The notes: generated by a model not told the origin, from the letters alone. DNA of 64,000 nt from an uncultured Clostridium sp. (GCA_900548455.1 URKQ01000007.1:34050-98049); one strand, 5' to 3'. Counted from the first letter of the stretch, positions 46,816 through 57,246 are shown. Program-made: numbers and translations.

Positions 46816-47787
46816 CTAATATATAACTTCTCTAATTTTTTCAACTAACTCAGTTACTTCAAACCATTTTTCAGACACCCTAGTTTGTCCCTTATTTTCC
46901 ACCGCTAATATAAAATCTTTTATCTCATCAAGCAAAGGATTATTGGCATATCTTACTTGCACAGTATCATATTTTTGTGAGTACCAGATATTTTCACCAA
47001 AAGCATCCATACTGCCCTTTTCTTTAACTGTTGCTGTTTGGTCCATATAGTCAAACGTTCCAAACAAATCAGTCTTCGATATATTTAGTTCTCTCTTTTT
47101 TACCGAACTATTTCTATCTACTAAAAATCTAACTACACTATTATTTTTAAAAATTAAAGATACACTTGATGAATCATATTTTTTGCTATTTTCGTTATAA
47201 TTAAAAACGCTACCATTTATATCAACAACTTCATTTAAATCGCAAACCTGTGATAATACAGCCAGATCATGGGTAAGCAAATCTTGAATTGCATCAATAT
47301 CCTTAACTTTATTTCTACTATTATTTAATCCAATTCTATAAAAATCAATATAACTAAACTTTTCATCTTCTTCCATGCATTCTTTCAATCCAGAAACTAC
47401 ACTGTTATATACTTCGGTAAATCCAGCAGATATGATTCCCTTACTTTTGTCTGCAATACTTTTTAATTCCTGTGCCTCTTTAATAGAAATAACAACAGGT
47501 TTTTCTACTAAAACAGATTTATCCTTCTCTAGCATTTTCTTAGAAATCTCAAAGTGTGTATATGATGTGGTTGCAATAATAGCTGCATCAAAATCATTAT
47601 AAGAAATTAGATCCTCAATATTATTGAATCCTTTTATATCATTCTCACTAGAAGCTTTATTAACCTTATCTTTATCTATATCACATACACATGTAAGCTT
47701 ACATAAATTATACTTTTCTAAAGCTTTAATATTCTTTAAATGATTACCTCCCATATTTCCTAATCCAATTAATGCTAATTTAATCAT
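46816..47787 (-). CDS. Gfo/Idh/MocA NAD-dependent oxidoreductase (sugar dehydrogenase-like)
   Basis: IGLGNMG, VLVEKP, DLLTHD. Confidence 0.88.
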   Translation of the reverse strand: MIKLALIGLGNMGGNHLKNIKALEKYNLCKLTCVCDIDKDKVNKASSENDIKGFNNIEDLISYNDFDAAIIATTSYTHFEISKKMLEKDKSVLVEKPVVISIKEAQELKSIADKSKGIISAGFTEVYNSVVSGLKECMEEDEKFSYIDFYRIGLNNSRNKVKDIDAIQDLLTHDLAVLSQVCDLNEVVDINGSVFNYNENSKKYDSSSVSLIFKNNSVVRFLVDRNSSVKKRELNISKTDLFGTFDYMDQTATVKEKGSMDAFGENIWYSQKYDTVQVRYANNPLLDEIKDFILAVENKGQTRVSEKWFEVTELVEKIREVIY

Positions 47788-47788
47788 A

Positions 47789-50700
47789 TTAAGCTCCCCT
47801 ACCTTTCGTGCAAATATTAATAATTTCCTGAGGAATATCTTCTAGTGATATATCTTCCATATCCCCTTCCTTAACAACTTTTTTCAAGAAACTTTCTAAA
47901 GTAATATCATTATTTAAATAATTAATGATTAAGTCAGATATCTCAATACCAAAACCATATAATTCCGAAAGCAGAGCTCCTCTATATTGAATATACTCCT
48001 TAACATCACTAAATGATATCAGATTATTTGTACAACAATAATAACCAGAGACTAATAATGACAATAAATTTAAAGTCAACTTACTTTTATTTATTGTTCT
48101 AGATAAAGTATTATTTGAAATTCTACGAACATATACATAATTATTAGATACCTTAATAGTTCTTTGAAGATTATTACCTAAAATTCTAGAGAGAGTAACA
48201 TAATCCTCAGCAACTTTAAACACTTTTTCAGCGCATGACCTTTTATATTCATCAGAAATAAATACTGCCCCTGCATTAAATGCAAACATCTCTCCAGAAC
48301 TAATCATTAATTTCAAAATTTCTGAAGCTGGTACTTTATTTATTTCCTTTCTATCATAACCTACAGATAAATTATTATCTTCATCTAAATTTAATATATA
48401 TCTAGGAATTATAATGTCACTTCCATTTAAATTTTCGAACTCATCTTTAAACCCATCATAATTTAAACATATTAAATTATCATCATCTCCACAGCCCATT
48501 ACATATTTTGTATTTACTAAGTTTATTAACTTTTCAGTAGACTCCGCTACACCTATATTGATGTTGTTAAACAATATGGATTCAACTCCATAATTTCCAA
48601 TACAGCTTTTAATTATTTCTTTATTACCGTCATCAGAACAATCGTCAACAATTACTTTAGTTTGGTGTCCAAAAACTAATCCATTTTTCAAATTATGTTT
48701 TAATAATGAACCCCTATTGTAACTTGCCATCATTATAGTTAAATCGTCAATATTATCCTGCATAACGTTACCTTGAAAAGTTGATATTAAATAACTAACT
48801 AATTCCTCTGTGTTGTTCATATCATCAACATTTTTATTAAATTTCTTTAACAAATATTTTTTGTATGGATCTTCAATTTCCTCATCACTACATACTGCAA
48901 TAATATTTACAGCCTTTAAAGAAACTCCATTATTAAGAATTCCTTTATCATCAATGGAATAATAAACAATATATTTAAAATGGGATGTTAAGATTTTATC
49001 TAATTCTTCTTCTGTATATTCTTTTATGTGATATGGATTATTAATACCTAACCTATTGGTTTTGTTTGGTGTAGAAATAATCATTTTGCCATCGCTTTTT
49101 AATACACGTTTTCCTTCAACAAAATATTGATTTATTTTATCAACATCTAGATGTTCCAAAGTTTCAAAAGATGTATAAATATCAAACTTATTATCCTCGT
49201 ATGGTAGCTTTAATACATCGCCAACTTCCCAATTAATATTATTTTTAGAATAGCACTCCTTTGAAAATAAAATATTATCTTCAGCTAAATCAACAGCATG
49301 TATTTTTAAACATTTATTTGACATATATGCTGCTCCATATCCATATCCACATGCAGCTTCAAGAACAGTATAATCATTCTTTAAATATTTACTTGCGATA
49401 TAATATCTAGCTATTATATTTCTATATCCTAAAATCGGCATAAAATGTGTAGCTGGTATTGCTCTTTCCCATGAATAGATTATAGAATTTTCTTTTACAT
49501 CTTCAATTCTATTTTCGTCATATATATATCCCTTTAAGTTAGAATTACCAAAATTATAATTATCATTTAAAATGCATTTAGCTAGTTTACATATTTCATT
49601 ATATTTATTACTCTTCATTATAGCTTCTGAAAATTCTAATTGTCCTGTTTCTTTATGGTACATTCCACCTGTAATAACTAGCTTCTTTTTCTCGTTATTA
49701 GTAATTATAAACTCAATAATATCAATACTTTCATTAGCGACCTCTCGCTTACCCATATATATCCTAGCACTATCAAAGTTATAGCGTTCTATTTCATCAC
49801 ATGAATATAGATTAAAATCATTCACACAACTTATCACATTACCTAAAGTAAACTTATTTAACTTTTCTATATACTTATCTTCATATTTCTCCTCATATAT
49901 ACCATTTAAAAGCTCTTTAGTTTTTGATTCTTGTATTGCTAAGGAATAATTACTTTCTATGTAACTTCTATATTCTAAAGAATTATATTTTTTATCTCTA
50001 ATTTGAGCTACAGCTTCGTCTATTGTATTAAACAAATATTTTCTATCCCAAATTCCTTCTGAAAAAACAAAGTTATGAATTATAGGTTTAATTCCTCTAC
50101 ACATAGCCTCTGCAATTCCATATCCAAAACTTTCATGAATACTAGTAGATAAAATATAATTTTTATCACTAAGCCAAGCTGATATATCACTTTGCCATCC
50201 ATCGAAAACTACATTATTTTCAAGCCCCATTTCCTTAACTTGATATTTCCAATAAAGTTCAACTAAAGAATCTTGGAATTTTCCTGCCACATAAAGCTTG
50301 TACCTTTTGTCCATAGTAACTAACTTGGCTATTATCTGAAGTAATAAATACGGGTTCTTTCTAGGATGAATATATCCTACATAAGCTAAATTATAACCCT
50401 TGTTTCTAGATATAAGGTTAAACTTGTTTATATCTACTCCATTGTTAATATGAATAATATCAACCATCTCTTCAATATCAGGTACTTGTGCTTTAAGTAA
50501 ATCTTTTAAATGCTCTGCAACAATTATAAGCTTATCTACTCTATTCCAATCTACCTTTGAAGGAAACTCTGTAAAAGTTTCATATCTATGTAATCTACAA
50601 ATAATTTTTTTATTTTGAGCTAATTCACTATTACTTCCATAAGTAATTAATTCATCACACCATTCAAACCAGCATATATCAGCCCAATTCATACCTACAT

Positions 50701-51205
50701 CAATTTGCTCAAAATTTTCCACCACAACTTTTTTTACTATGTATTCTGTTGACATAAAGTTTATTATGTCACTCAAAAAAGAATCTAATCCCCTTTTAAC
50801 AAAGAAAACAATTTTTTTTGCAGATTCTACTTTAAAGTTTGTTTCAATATTACCAATAGCTTCCTTAATTTGATTCTTCATTTCCTCATCATCACAACTT
50901 GTAATAGCTTGATTATAGAAAGTAACAGCCTTTGAATATTCGCCCTTGCTTTCTTTTATATAAGCCAAATTGTAATTCAAATCGAAATTAAAGCAATCTA
51001 AATCCAGACCTCTATTACACAACTTTTCAGCTTCTTCTAGTTTTCCTTGCATTAATAAGGCTACTGAATACATGGAATAAACATCCATATCCTCTGGCAA
51101 AATATTTATTAACTGATCCAGAAGATTTATAGCCTCATCACAAAAATTTTGGTTAATTAGATTCTCAATTCTTTTTTTAATATTGATAATATTTTTATCG
51201 TCCAT
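47789..51205 (-). CDS. Multidomain TPR / GT4 / SAM methyltransferase / GT2 protein
   Basis: DLNYNLAY TPR; HESFGYGIAEAM (GT4 EX7E); VLEAACGYGYG and FETLEH (methyltransferase); ASYNR, VDDCSDD, GDDD (GT2). Confidence 0.85.
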   Translation of the reverse strand: MDDKNIINIKKRIENLINQNFCDEAINLLDQLINILPEDMDVYSMYSVALLMQGKLEEAEKLCNRGLDLDCFNFDLNYNLAYIKESKGEYSKAVTFYNQAITSCDDEEMKNQIKEAIGNIETNFKVESAKKIVFFVKRGLDSFLSDIINFMSTEYIVKKVVVENFEQIDVGMNWADICWFEWCDELITYGSNSELAQNKKIICRLHRYETFTEFPSKVDWNRVDKLIIVAEHLKDLLKAQVPDIEEMVDIIHINNGVDINKFNLISRNKGYNLAYVGYIHPRKNPYLLLQIIAKLVTMDKRYKLYVAGKFQDSLVELYWKYQVKEMGLENNVVFDGWQSDISAWLSDKNYILSTSIHESFGYGIAEAMCRGIKPIIHNFVFSEGIWDRKYLFNTIDEAVAQIRDKKYNSLEYRSYIESNYSLAIQESKTKELLNGIYEEKYEDKYIEKLNKFTLGNVISCVNDFNLYSCDEIERYNFDSARIYMGKREVANESIDIIEFIITNNEKKKLVITGGMYHKETGQLEFSEAIMKSNKYNEICKLAKCILNDNYNFGNSNLKGYIYDENRIEDVKENSIIYSWERAIPATHFMPILGYRNIIARYYIASKYLKNDYTVLEAACGYGYGAAYMSNKCLKIHAVDLAEDNILFSKECYSKNNINWEVGDVLKLPYEDNKFDIYTSFETLEHLDVDKINQYFVEGKRVLKSDGKMIISTPNKTNRLGINNPYHIKEYTEEELDKILTSHFKYIVYYSIDDKGILNNGVSLKAVNIIAVCSDEEIEDPYKKYLLKKFNKNVDDMNNTEELVSYLISTFQGNVMQDNIDDLTIMMASYNRGSLLKHNLKNGLVFGHQTKVIVDDCSDDGNKEIIKSCIGNYGVESILFNNINIGVAESTEKLINLVNTKYVMGCGDDDNLICLNYDGFKDEFENLNGSDIIIPRYILNLDEDNNLSVGYDRKEINKVPASEILKLMISSGEMFAFNAGAVFISDEYKRSCAEKVFKVAEDYVTLSRILGNNLQRTIKVSNNYVYVRRISNNTLSRTINKSKLTLNLLSLLVSGYYCCTNNLISFSDVKEYIQYRGALLSELYGFGIEISDLIINYLNNDITLESFLKKVVKEGDMEDISLEDIPQEIINICTKGRGA

Positions 51206-51307
51206 GATAAATCACACTCTTTCATAGAATATCCATATTCTTTCTATAATTTTTTCATAGTATTAAACACTTTTAATCTTAAATAAATTAAACATCTTCT
51301 TATATTA

Positions 51308-51334
51308 TTATCGTTTTATTATGAACTTTCTTAA
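51308..51334 (-). promoter_or_regulatory. Candidate sigma28 promoter for the inner island
   Basis: TTAA-15 nt-AACGATAA. Confidence 0.45.
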
Positions 51335-51372
51335 TAGATATAAGTCCGTATATTAACTTTCTAAAATTCTAA

Positions 51373-52431
51373 TTAAAGATATTTAAGTCTCTCCTTAGCT
51401 TTTTCATAATTAAACTTTGCCGATAATTTATAGTAATCCCTTGCTGCATTTAAATCTCCAATAGTTTCGTAAAACACACCCAGATTGTAAGCTGCCTTAA
51501 ATGAACCTAACCCCTTAACACCTTCGTTATTCTTATCCCCAATCTTTAAGCACCTTAAATAACATTTTTCTATTAAATAAAAGTATTTATCAAAACACTC
51601 CAAGTTGTTGAGTATAAAGTTCATATAGAATACACCACATGCAAAATTATAATCTACATTGTTTTCCAAAAGCTTATTATATTCATCTATTACCTTTAAC
51701 CCTTTTTCAAAATCTTTAGTTTGAATGGAATTATAAATAAACAAATTTACTAAACTACTTGTGTATGTGTATATCTCACTAGAACATTTAAAACACCTTT
51801 CAAAATATTCACTGGCTTCATCAAATCGTTTTGCTACATGCAATGTCCTTGCAATTTGATATAACACATAGGGATCCTTTGAATTGTACTCTAATTCTTT
51901 GTAAAGTAACTTTAAATTACGAACGGATTTATCTTTTTCAAAATATCCACTATGATCTACTTTAATTTCCATATTAAGTCTTGGTAAATCTGAAAATAGT
52001 TGTTCATGAATACATCCTTCATAATGAATTCCTTTTGGATAAAATCTAGAAACATATTCTTTTGATAAACTGACTTCATCATCATCCATAAATTTACTAG
52101 AAATTTCTATCCGACCAATTGCTTTAGGGTTTTCACAAATGAACTTTTCTAAATCAGATCTACTACCAGACACTATAACTTCATCAGCATCTAGTACTAA
52201 AATCCAGTTGCCTGTACACTTCTCAGCAGCATAATTTCGAGCTTTAGCAAAATCATCACACCACTGAAAATTATATATTTTAGCCCCATAACTCTTAGCA
52301 ATTTCCATTGTTGAATCAATTGATCCAGTATCAACAATTACTATTTCATCTACCATATCCTTAACACTCTCAAGGCAAGAATTTAAAGTTAACTCCTCAT
52401 CTTTAACTATCATAGCTAATGAAATCCTCAT
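51373..52431 (-). CDS. GT2 glycosyltransferase with TPRs (start re-placed at 52431)
   Basis: MIVKDEE, VDTGSID, DFAKARN, LDADE, IHEQ; SD GGAGGTG. Confidence 0.9.
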   Translation of the reverse strand: MRISLAMIVKDEELTLNSCLESVKDMVDEIVIVDTGSIDSTMEIAKSYGAKIYNFQWCDDFAKARNYAAEKCTGNWILVLDADEVIVSGSRSDLEKFICENPKAIGRIEISSKFMDDDEVSLSKEYVSRFYPKGIHYEGCIHEQLFSDLPRLNMEIKVDHSGYFEKDKSVRNLKLLYKELEYNSKDPYVLYQIARTLHVAKRFDEASEYFERCFKCSSEIYTYTSSLVNLFIYNSIQTKDFEKGLKVIDEYNKLLENNVDYNFACGVFYMNFILNNLECFDKYFYLIEKCYLRCLKIGDKNNEGVKGLGSFKAAYNLGVFYETIGDLNAARDYYKLSAKFNYEKAKERLKYL

Positions 52432-52459
52432 AAGTTCACCTCCAATACAGTTCTCTTCG

Positions 52460-52488
52460 GCTTTTTCAAAAAGGAACCCTATAGTTCC
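52460..52488. repeat. Fragment of module E
   Basis: GCTTTTTCAAAAAGGAACCCTATAGTTCC versus 7572-7599 GCTTTTTCAAAAGGAACCTTATGGTTCC. Confidence 0.7.
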
Positions 52489-52588
52489 TATCACTCTATT
52501 TTTCTATAGAGTCTACTAAAAAACAGCTAGTCCATTAAAACTACCTGTTTCTAGTATATATTTATTATTCAATAAAAATCAACAATTT

Positions 52589-53995
52589 TTAATTATTTTT
52601 TAATTTTATTAATTTATCTTTTAGAAATTTCTCATTTTCTGCGTCGTCACATGCATTTAATGCTTTATTATAGCTTCTTATAGCTCCTTCTATTTCTCCA
52701 ACTACTTCTAAGATGTATCCTCTATTATATAATAAATCAAAATGGTTTTCATTTATTAAAAGTCCTCTATCAATTTCATCAAGGGCACTTTTAAGATCAG
52801 ATTTGATAAAATATACAGAAGCTGTAATCGAAAAGAATTCTTCATCTTCAACATTATTATATAAACCCTGTTTTTTTATTTCTTCAATTATATTTAAAGC
52901 ACTATCTATATCTTCTTCTAAAAGAATCTTTAAATTTCTTTTTAAATCTTCAACAAATCCTTTAAATTCAATTTTTTTATTATTACTTTCTATAGAAGTA
53001 ATTACATTCTCTTTAGATGAAACAGAAAACATTTCAACATCACAATCTCCAAGATATAATTTATTTTCTAAAACATAAATATAATTATTTAAGTTAGTAT
53101 TACTTTCTTCATATAAACCTAAACTTTTAAAAGATAGACCTCTTATATATATACAATCTATAAAGTAAGGATATTTTAAAGTTACTTCATTACTAATCTC
53201 TATAGCCTCTTCAAAACAATTATTAATATAATAAGTTTGAGCTGCCGTCCTATAATACTTCAAGGTTTCTTTATCTAAAGCCTTATTTTTTATTAATGAC
53301 ATATACTCTCTAACTTCTCTTAAAGCTTCTGCATATTTACCAATGGAATTAAAACTCCTTGCTAGTTGAAATCTATAATAGTAATTATCAGGATTCTTAT
53401 TCAGTTCATTTTTTAGTATTGTTGCTGTTCTATTAAACTTTTCTAGCTTTTTTTCTTCATTCATAATGTAACCATAATGGTTTATTTGAATATCAGAATA
53501 AAAAATAGGTTCTTTAAAAACAGGTTGGTTATGAACCGCACCATCATATCTAAATTCTCCATCTTTTTTAAATATCAATGGAAATTTTAAATCAGAAAAC
53601 TTTTGTAAATTACTGTCCATGTAATTTCTAAGTTTTAAATAAATAGTATTATAATTTTTAAATTCTTCACTATTAATTAAAGAAAGAAAATCATCTACAC
53701 TTTCTTTTGCAATAGTTTGGTCAGCATCCTGTATAAATATGTATTGTCCCTTGGCAAGAGAAATACTGTAATTTCTAGCTTCTGAAAAATTGTCATTCCA
53801 TCTTTTAAAATATACTTTGTCCGTATACCTTTTACATATTTCCACAGTTTTATCAGTAGAACCCGTATCTACTATAACTAACTCTACAATACCAGTATCA
53901 ATAATAGGTTCCATACTTTTTAAACAATTATCAATAAAGGCTTCTTCATCCTTTACTATCATACAAATACTCATTAAAATATTGTTTTTCATCAT
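52589..53995 (-). CDS. GT2 glycosyltransferase with TPRs
   Basis: SICMIVKDEE, VDTGSTD, NFSEARN, DADQ, VHNQP, HYGY. Confidence 0.92.
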   Translation of the reverse strand: MMKNNILMSICMIVKDEEAFIDNCLKSMEPIIDTGIVELVIVDTGSTDKTVEICKRYTDKVYFKRWNDNFSEARNYSISLAKGQYIFIQDADQTIAKESVDDFLSLINSEEFKNYNTIYLKLRNYMDSNLQKFSDLKFPLIFKKDGEFRYDGAVHNQPVFKEPIFYSDIQINHYGYIMNEEKKLEKFNRTATILKNELNKNPDNYYYRFQLARSFNSIGKYAEALREVREYMSLIKNKALDKETLKYYRTAAQTYYINNCFEEAIEISNEVTLKYPYFIDCIYIRGLSFKSLGLYEESNTNLNNYIYVLENKLYLGDCDVEMFSVSSKENVITSIESNNKKIEFKGFVEDLKRNLKILLEEDIDSALNIIEEIKKQGLYNNVEDEEFFSITASVYFIKSDLKSALDEIDRGLLINENHFDLLYNRGYILEVVGEIEGAIRSYNKALNACDDAENEKFLKDKLIKLKNN

Positions 53996-54013
53996 TATTC
54001 CTACCTAAACTTT

Positions 54014-56233
54014 TTAAATTATTGGTACTAGTTTATTTAATTTAAATATGCTTTTATCTAAAACTTCTTCAATATCCCTTGATATAGGTAATAACTTAAT
54101 CTTGTATATAGCGTTTAAAGCTGATAAATTCATTCCTTTGCTTTCGTATATATATACTAGGTTATATAACAAATCCATGTTTCCGTGATATACCTTCAGT
54201 CCTTCTTCAATTATTTTCTCAGCTTCCTCATACCTTTGGTCATAAAAATATAAAGTACATTTTATGGATATTAAATCCACATCATTTTTTATATTATATA
54301 AACTTTCTAATTGACTAAAGAGATCATTTGCCTCCTTAATCATATTGCTATTAATTAAAGTAATAAGATTCTCCTTTATCTTTAAAATATCATCTTTAGA
54401 TATTATAGAACTTTCTTCTAAACACTCCTTAGAAATAGCATAATCTTTAATCATAGCTATAAGATTGGAAAACTCTTTCTTTATTTCAATAGCTTCCTTA
54501 AGCTTAGCTATAGCCTTTACGTATTCTTTGTTATTAGAAAATAACGCAAATTCATCTAAACACTTCACTAATCTTTTACTTTCTTCCTTATCTTTATCTT
54601 CTAGATTTATGATTAAGTCTTCATAGTTATAAAGCAATTTAAAAATCCAATTTTGGTCAATTACATATGAATTTACAATCATATCACATTTACTAAGTAA
54701 ATATTCCATTATAAAAATCACTTCATTTTTATAATCGCATTTTAAAATATCTTTTATATCAGCATTACTTAAAGTCTCAATCATTGGGAATATACAATTT
54801 TCAACTTTAATGGCTCTATTATTCTCCTGAACATTATCCATAATGTAATCTAGTAAATTATTAAAAGGGTTAATTCTCTCTTTATTTATCTTATCTTTTA
54901 ACAAAAACTTCTCTTCATTTGTTAAATGTCTTATATTATCAATGATTAATTCAATATCCTCATCCTTTAGCTTAGCTAAAGTTATGGAAAGTAAATATAT
55001 AAGAACTAACCACTCATCTTTATCCTTAACCAACTTAATTATATTATCTAAAAGTTTTCTATCTTCACTTATGATACATTCACTTAAGATATCACCGAGT
55101 AACATCATCATAGTATCAAAGTCTTCTATTAAAGAATTAATATAATTTGTTATGCCTTCATGCTGATTAATTCTAGTCTTTAGTATAAATAGTTCAGATA
55201 TAACTTGATATTTATATCCAAAGGAGAATACTTCTAATCCATTAGTCTTTGCATATCTTTCATATTTAAATGTTTTTAAATTTTCAAGGTATAACTTTAA
55301 ATTTATTATAGCTTTATCTATATTTCCTTTTATCACATAACATTTTCCTAAAAGATAATAACAATCTATAAGCTTGTTATCTAGCTCCTTCATTTTAATG
55401 CAGTACTTAATACATTTATCATATTCCTTTGCATTAAAATATATTATAGTAGCATTGTGATAATAATTTATTCTAAAACTATCATTAACTTCTTCATTCT
55501 CCATCAATGATAAATAATTTTCAAGTTCAATTAATGCTTCCTTTGTATCTCCATGCATTTCATAGCTTCTACTTAGCTGATAGATATAATATATATTTTT
55601 AGGATCTTTTTCTATCTCCTTTTTTAGCATGGTGGCAGTTCTTTTAAATTTCTTTTCTTTTACATCTTCAGTCATGATATATCCATAATGAAGCATATAT
55701 ATTTCTAAGTTCTTTTCTGGGCCTTTATAAACAGGCTGATTATGAATATTACCTTCATATTTAAAGGTTCCATCATTTTTAAATATTAAGTTTAAGGAAA
55801 AAAAAGTATACTCACTTAAATCTTCCTTAGTAAAATTTTTGTACACTAAAGAATAAGTGTTATATTTTTTATAGTCATTTCCACTAAATAAGTCTATTAA
55901 CTTTTTAACTTCACTGTATTCCATTTCCTGGTCTGCATCCATTATAAAGATGTATTCACCAGTTGCAAGAGAAATACTATAATTTCTTGCTTCAGAAAAA
56001 TTATTATTCCACTTTTTAAAATATACTTTCTCAGTATACTTTTTAGCAATTTCTACTGTATTATCCACTGAACCCGTATCTACAACTATTAATTCTGCAA
56101 TTCCTGAGTCCATAAGGGGCGTTAAACTTTTCAAACAATTATCAAGGAATTTTTTCTCGTCCCTGACTATCATACATATACTAAGCTTATATTTAGTTTT
56201 GCTTTTTAATTCCTTAACTTGTTTATCTTCCAT
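54014..56233 (-). CDS. GT2 glycosyltransferase with TPRs, adjacent to fliC
   Basis: SICMIVRDE, VDTGSVD, NFSEARN, DADQ, IHNQP, HYGY. Confidence 0.92.
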   Translation of the reverse strand: MEDKQVKELKSKTKYKLSICMIVRDEKKFLDNCLKSLTPLMDSGIAELIVVDTGSVDNTVEIAKKYTEKVYFKKWNNNFSEARNYSISLATGEYIFIMDADQEMEYSEVKKLIDLFSGNDYKKYNTYSLVYKNFTKEDLSEYTFFSLNLIFKNDGTFKYEGNIHNQPVYKGPEKNLEIYMLHYGYIMTEDVKEKKFKRTATMLKKEIEKDPKNIYYIYQLSRSYEMHGDTKEALIELENYLSLMENEEVNDSFRINYYHNATIIYFNAKEYDKCIKYCIKMKELDNKLIDCYYLLGKCYVIKGNIDKAIINLKLYLENLKTFKYERYAKTNGLEVFSFGYKYQVISELFILKTRINQHEGITNYINSLIEDFDTMMMLLGDILSECIISEDRKLLDNIIKLVKDKDEWLVLIYLLSITLAKLKDEDIELIIDNIRHLTNEEKFLLKDKINKERINPFNNLLDYIMDNVQENNRAIKVENCIFPMIETLSNADIKDILKCDYKNEVIFIMEYLLSKCDMIVNSYVIDQNWIFKLLYNYEDLIINLEDKDKEESKRLVKCLDEFALFSNNKEYVKAIAKLKEAIEIKKEFSNLIAMIKDYAISKECLEESSIISKDDILKIKENLITLINSNMIKEANDLFSQLESLYNIKNDVDLISIKCTLYFYDQRYEEAEKIIEEGLKVYHGNMDLLYNLVYIYESKGMNLSALNAIYKIKLLPISRDIEEVLDKSIFKLNKLVPII

Positions 56234-56271
56234 AGTAATATTTCTCCTAATATATAATTTTATATAACTTT

Positions 56272-56295
56272 AAAGAGGGACCTTAGCCCCTCTTT
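56272..56295 (-). terminator. Stem-loop after fliC with a short U-tract
   Basis: Minus strand AAAGAGGGGC-TAAG-GTCCCTCTTT. Confidence 0.65.
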
Positions 56296-56311
56296 TAATT
56301 TTACTATTATA

Positions 56312-57127
56312 CTATCTTAATAATTGAAGAACACCTTGTGGTTGTTGATTAGCTTGAGCAAGCATAGCTTGTGCAGCTTGGTTAAGAATGTTGTTCTTAG
56401 AGAATGCCATCATTTCTTTAGCCATATCAACGTCTCTTACTCTTGATTCTGCAGCTGTTAAGTTTTCAGAAGTATTGTTTAAGTTAGATATAGTGTGCTC
56501 TAATCTGTTTTGAAGAGCTCCTAAATCTGATCTGTGTGTAGATACACTTTCAATAGCTCTGTCTATAACTTTAGTTAATCCATTTGCTACAGAAGTAGAA
56601 GTAACTTTTAAGCTTGCAGCAGTTATTTTTAATCCAGCAGTGCTCATTGTTTTTAAAGATATTGTTATTTTTTGATTAGCATTAGCTCCAACTTGAATAT
56701 TTACTTTTCCAGTATTAGCTAATATGTTTTGTTTGTTGAATTGAGTTTGGCTAGCAATTCTATCTATTTCTGAAGATAATTGGTTTAACTCAGTTTCGAT
56801 AGCAGCTCTATCAGTTGATACGTTAGTATCGTTAGCTCCTTGTACAGAAAGCTCTCTCATTCTTTGAAGAATGTTGTGAGTTTCGTTTAAAGCTCCTTCA
56901 GCTGTTTGAATTAAAGAGATACCATCTTGAGAGTTTCTAGATGCTTGATCTAATCCTCTGATTTGTCCTCTCATTTTTTCAGAGATTGCTAGTCCTGCAG
57001 CATCATCTCCAGCTCTGTTAATTCTTAATCCTGAAGATAATTTCTCCATAGATTTTCCAGAAGCACTTGTGTTTATTCCCATGTTTCTGTGTGCATTTAA
57101 TGCGTTCATATTGTGATTAATAATCAT
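56312..57127 (-). CDS. fliC: Flagellin (minimal size, 271 aa)
   Basis: MIINHN, LSSGLRINRAGDDAAGLAISEKM, LQRMREL, LGALQNRLE, PQGVLQLLR. Confidence 0.98.
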   Translation of the reverse strand: MIINHNMNALNAHRNMGINTSASGKSMEKLSSGLRINRAGDDAAGLAISEKMRGQIRGLDQASRNSQDGISLIQTAEGALNETHNILQRMRELSVQGANDTNVSTDRAAIETELNQLSSEIDRIASQTQFNKQNILANTGKVNIQVGANANQKITISLKTMSTAGLKITAASLKVTSTSVANGLTKVIDRAIESVSTHRSDLGALQNRLEHTISNLNNTSENLTAAESRVRDVDMAKEMMAFSKNNILNQAAQAMLAQANQQPQGVLQLLR

Positions 57128-57135
57128 TTTTAAAT

Positions 57136-57168
57136 TCCTCCTTGATTTTTAAAAAGACATCCTTGTCT
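57136..57168 (-). promoter_or_regulatory. Two CsrA-binding sites in the fliC leader
   Basis: AGACA-AGGA-TGTCT hairpin plus CAAGGAGGA at the SD; csrA and fliW nearby. Confidence 0.75.
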
Positions 57169-57246
57169 AAAATATATTTTATAACTTCTTAAGAAGCTTA
57201 TAACAATATTAAATTGATTTTTTATAAAAACCACGTTCTAATATTA

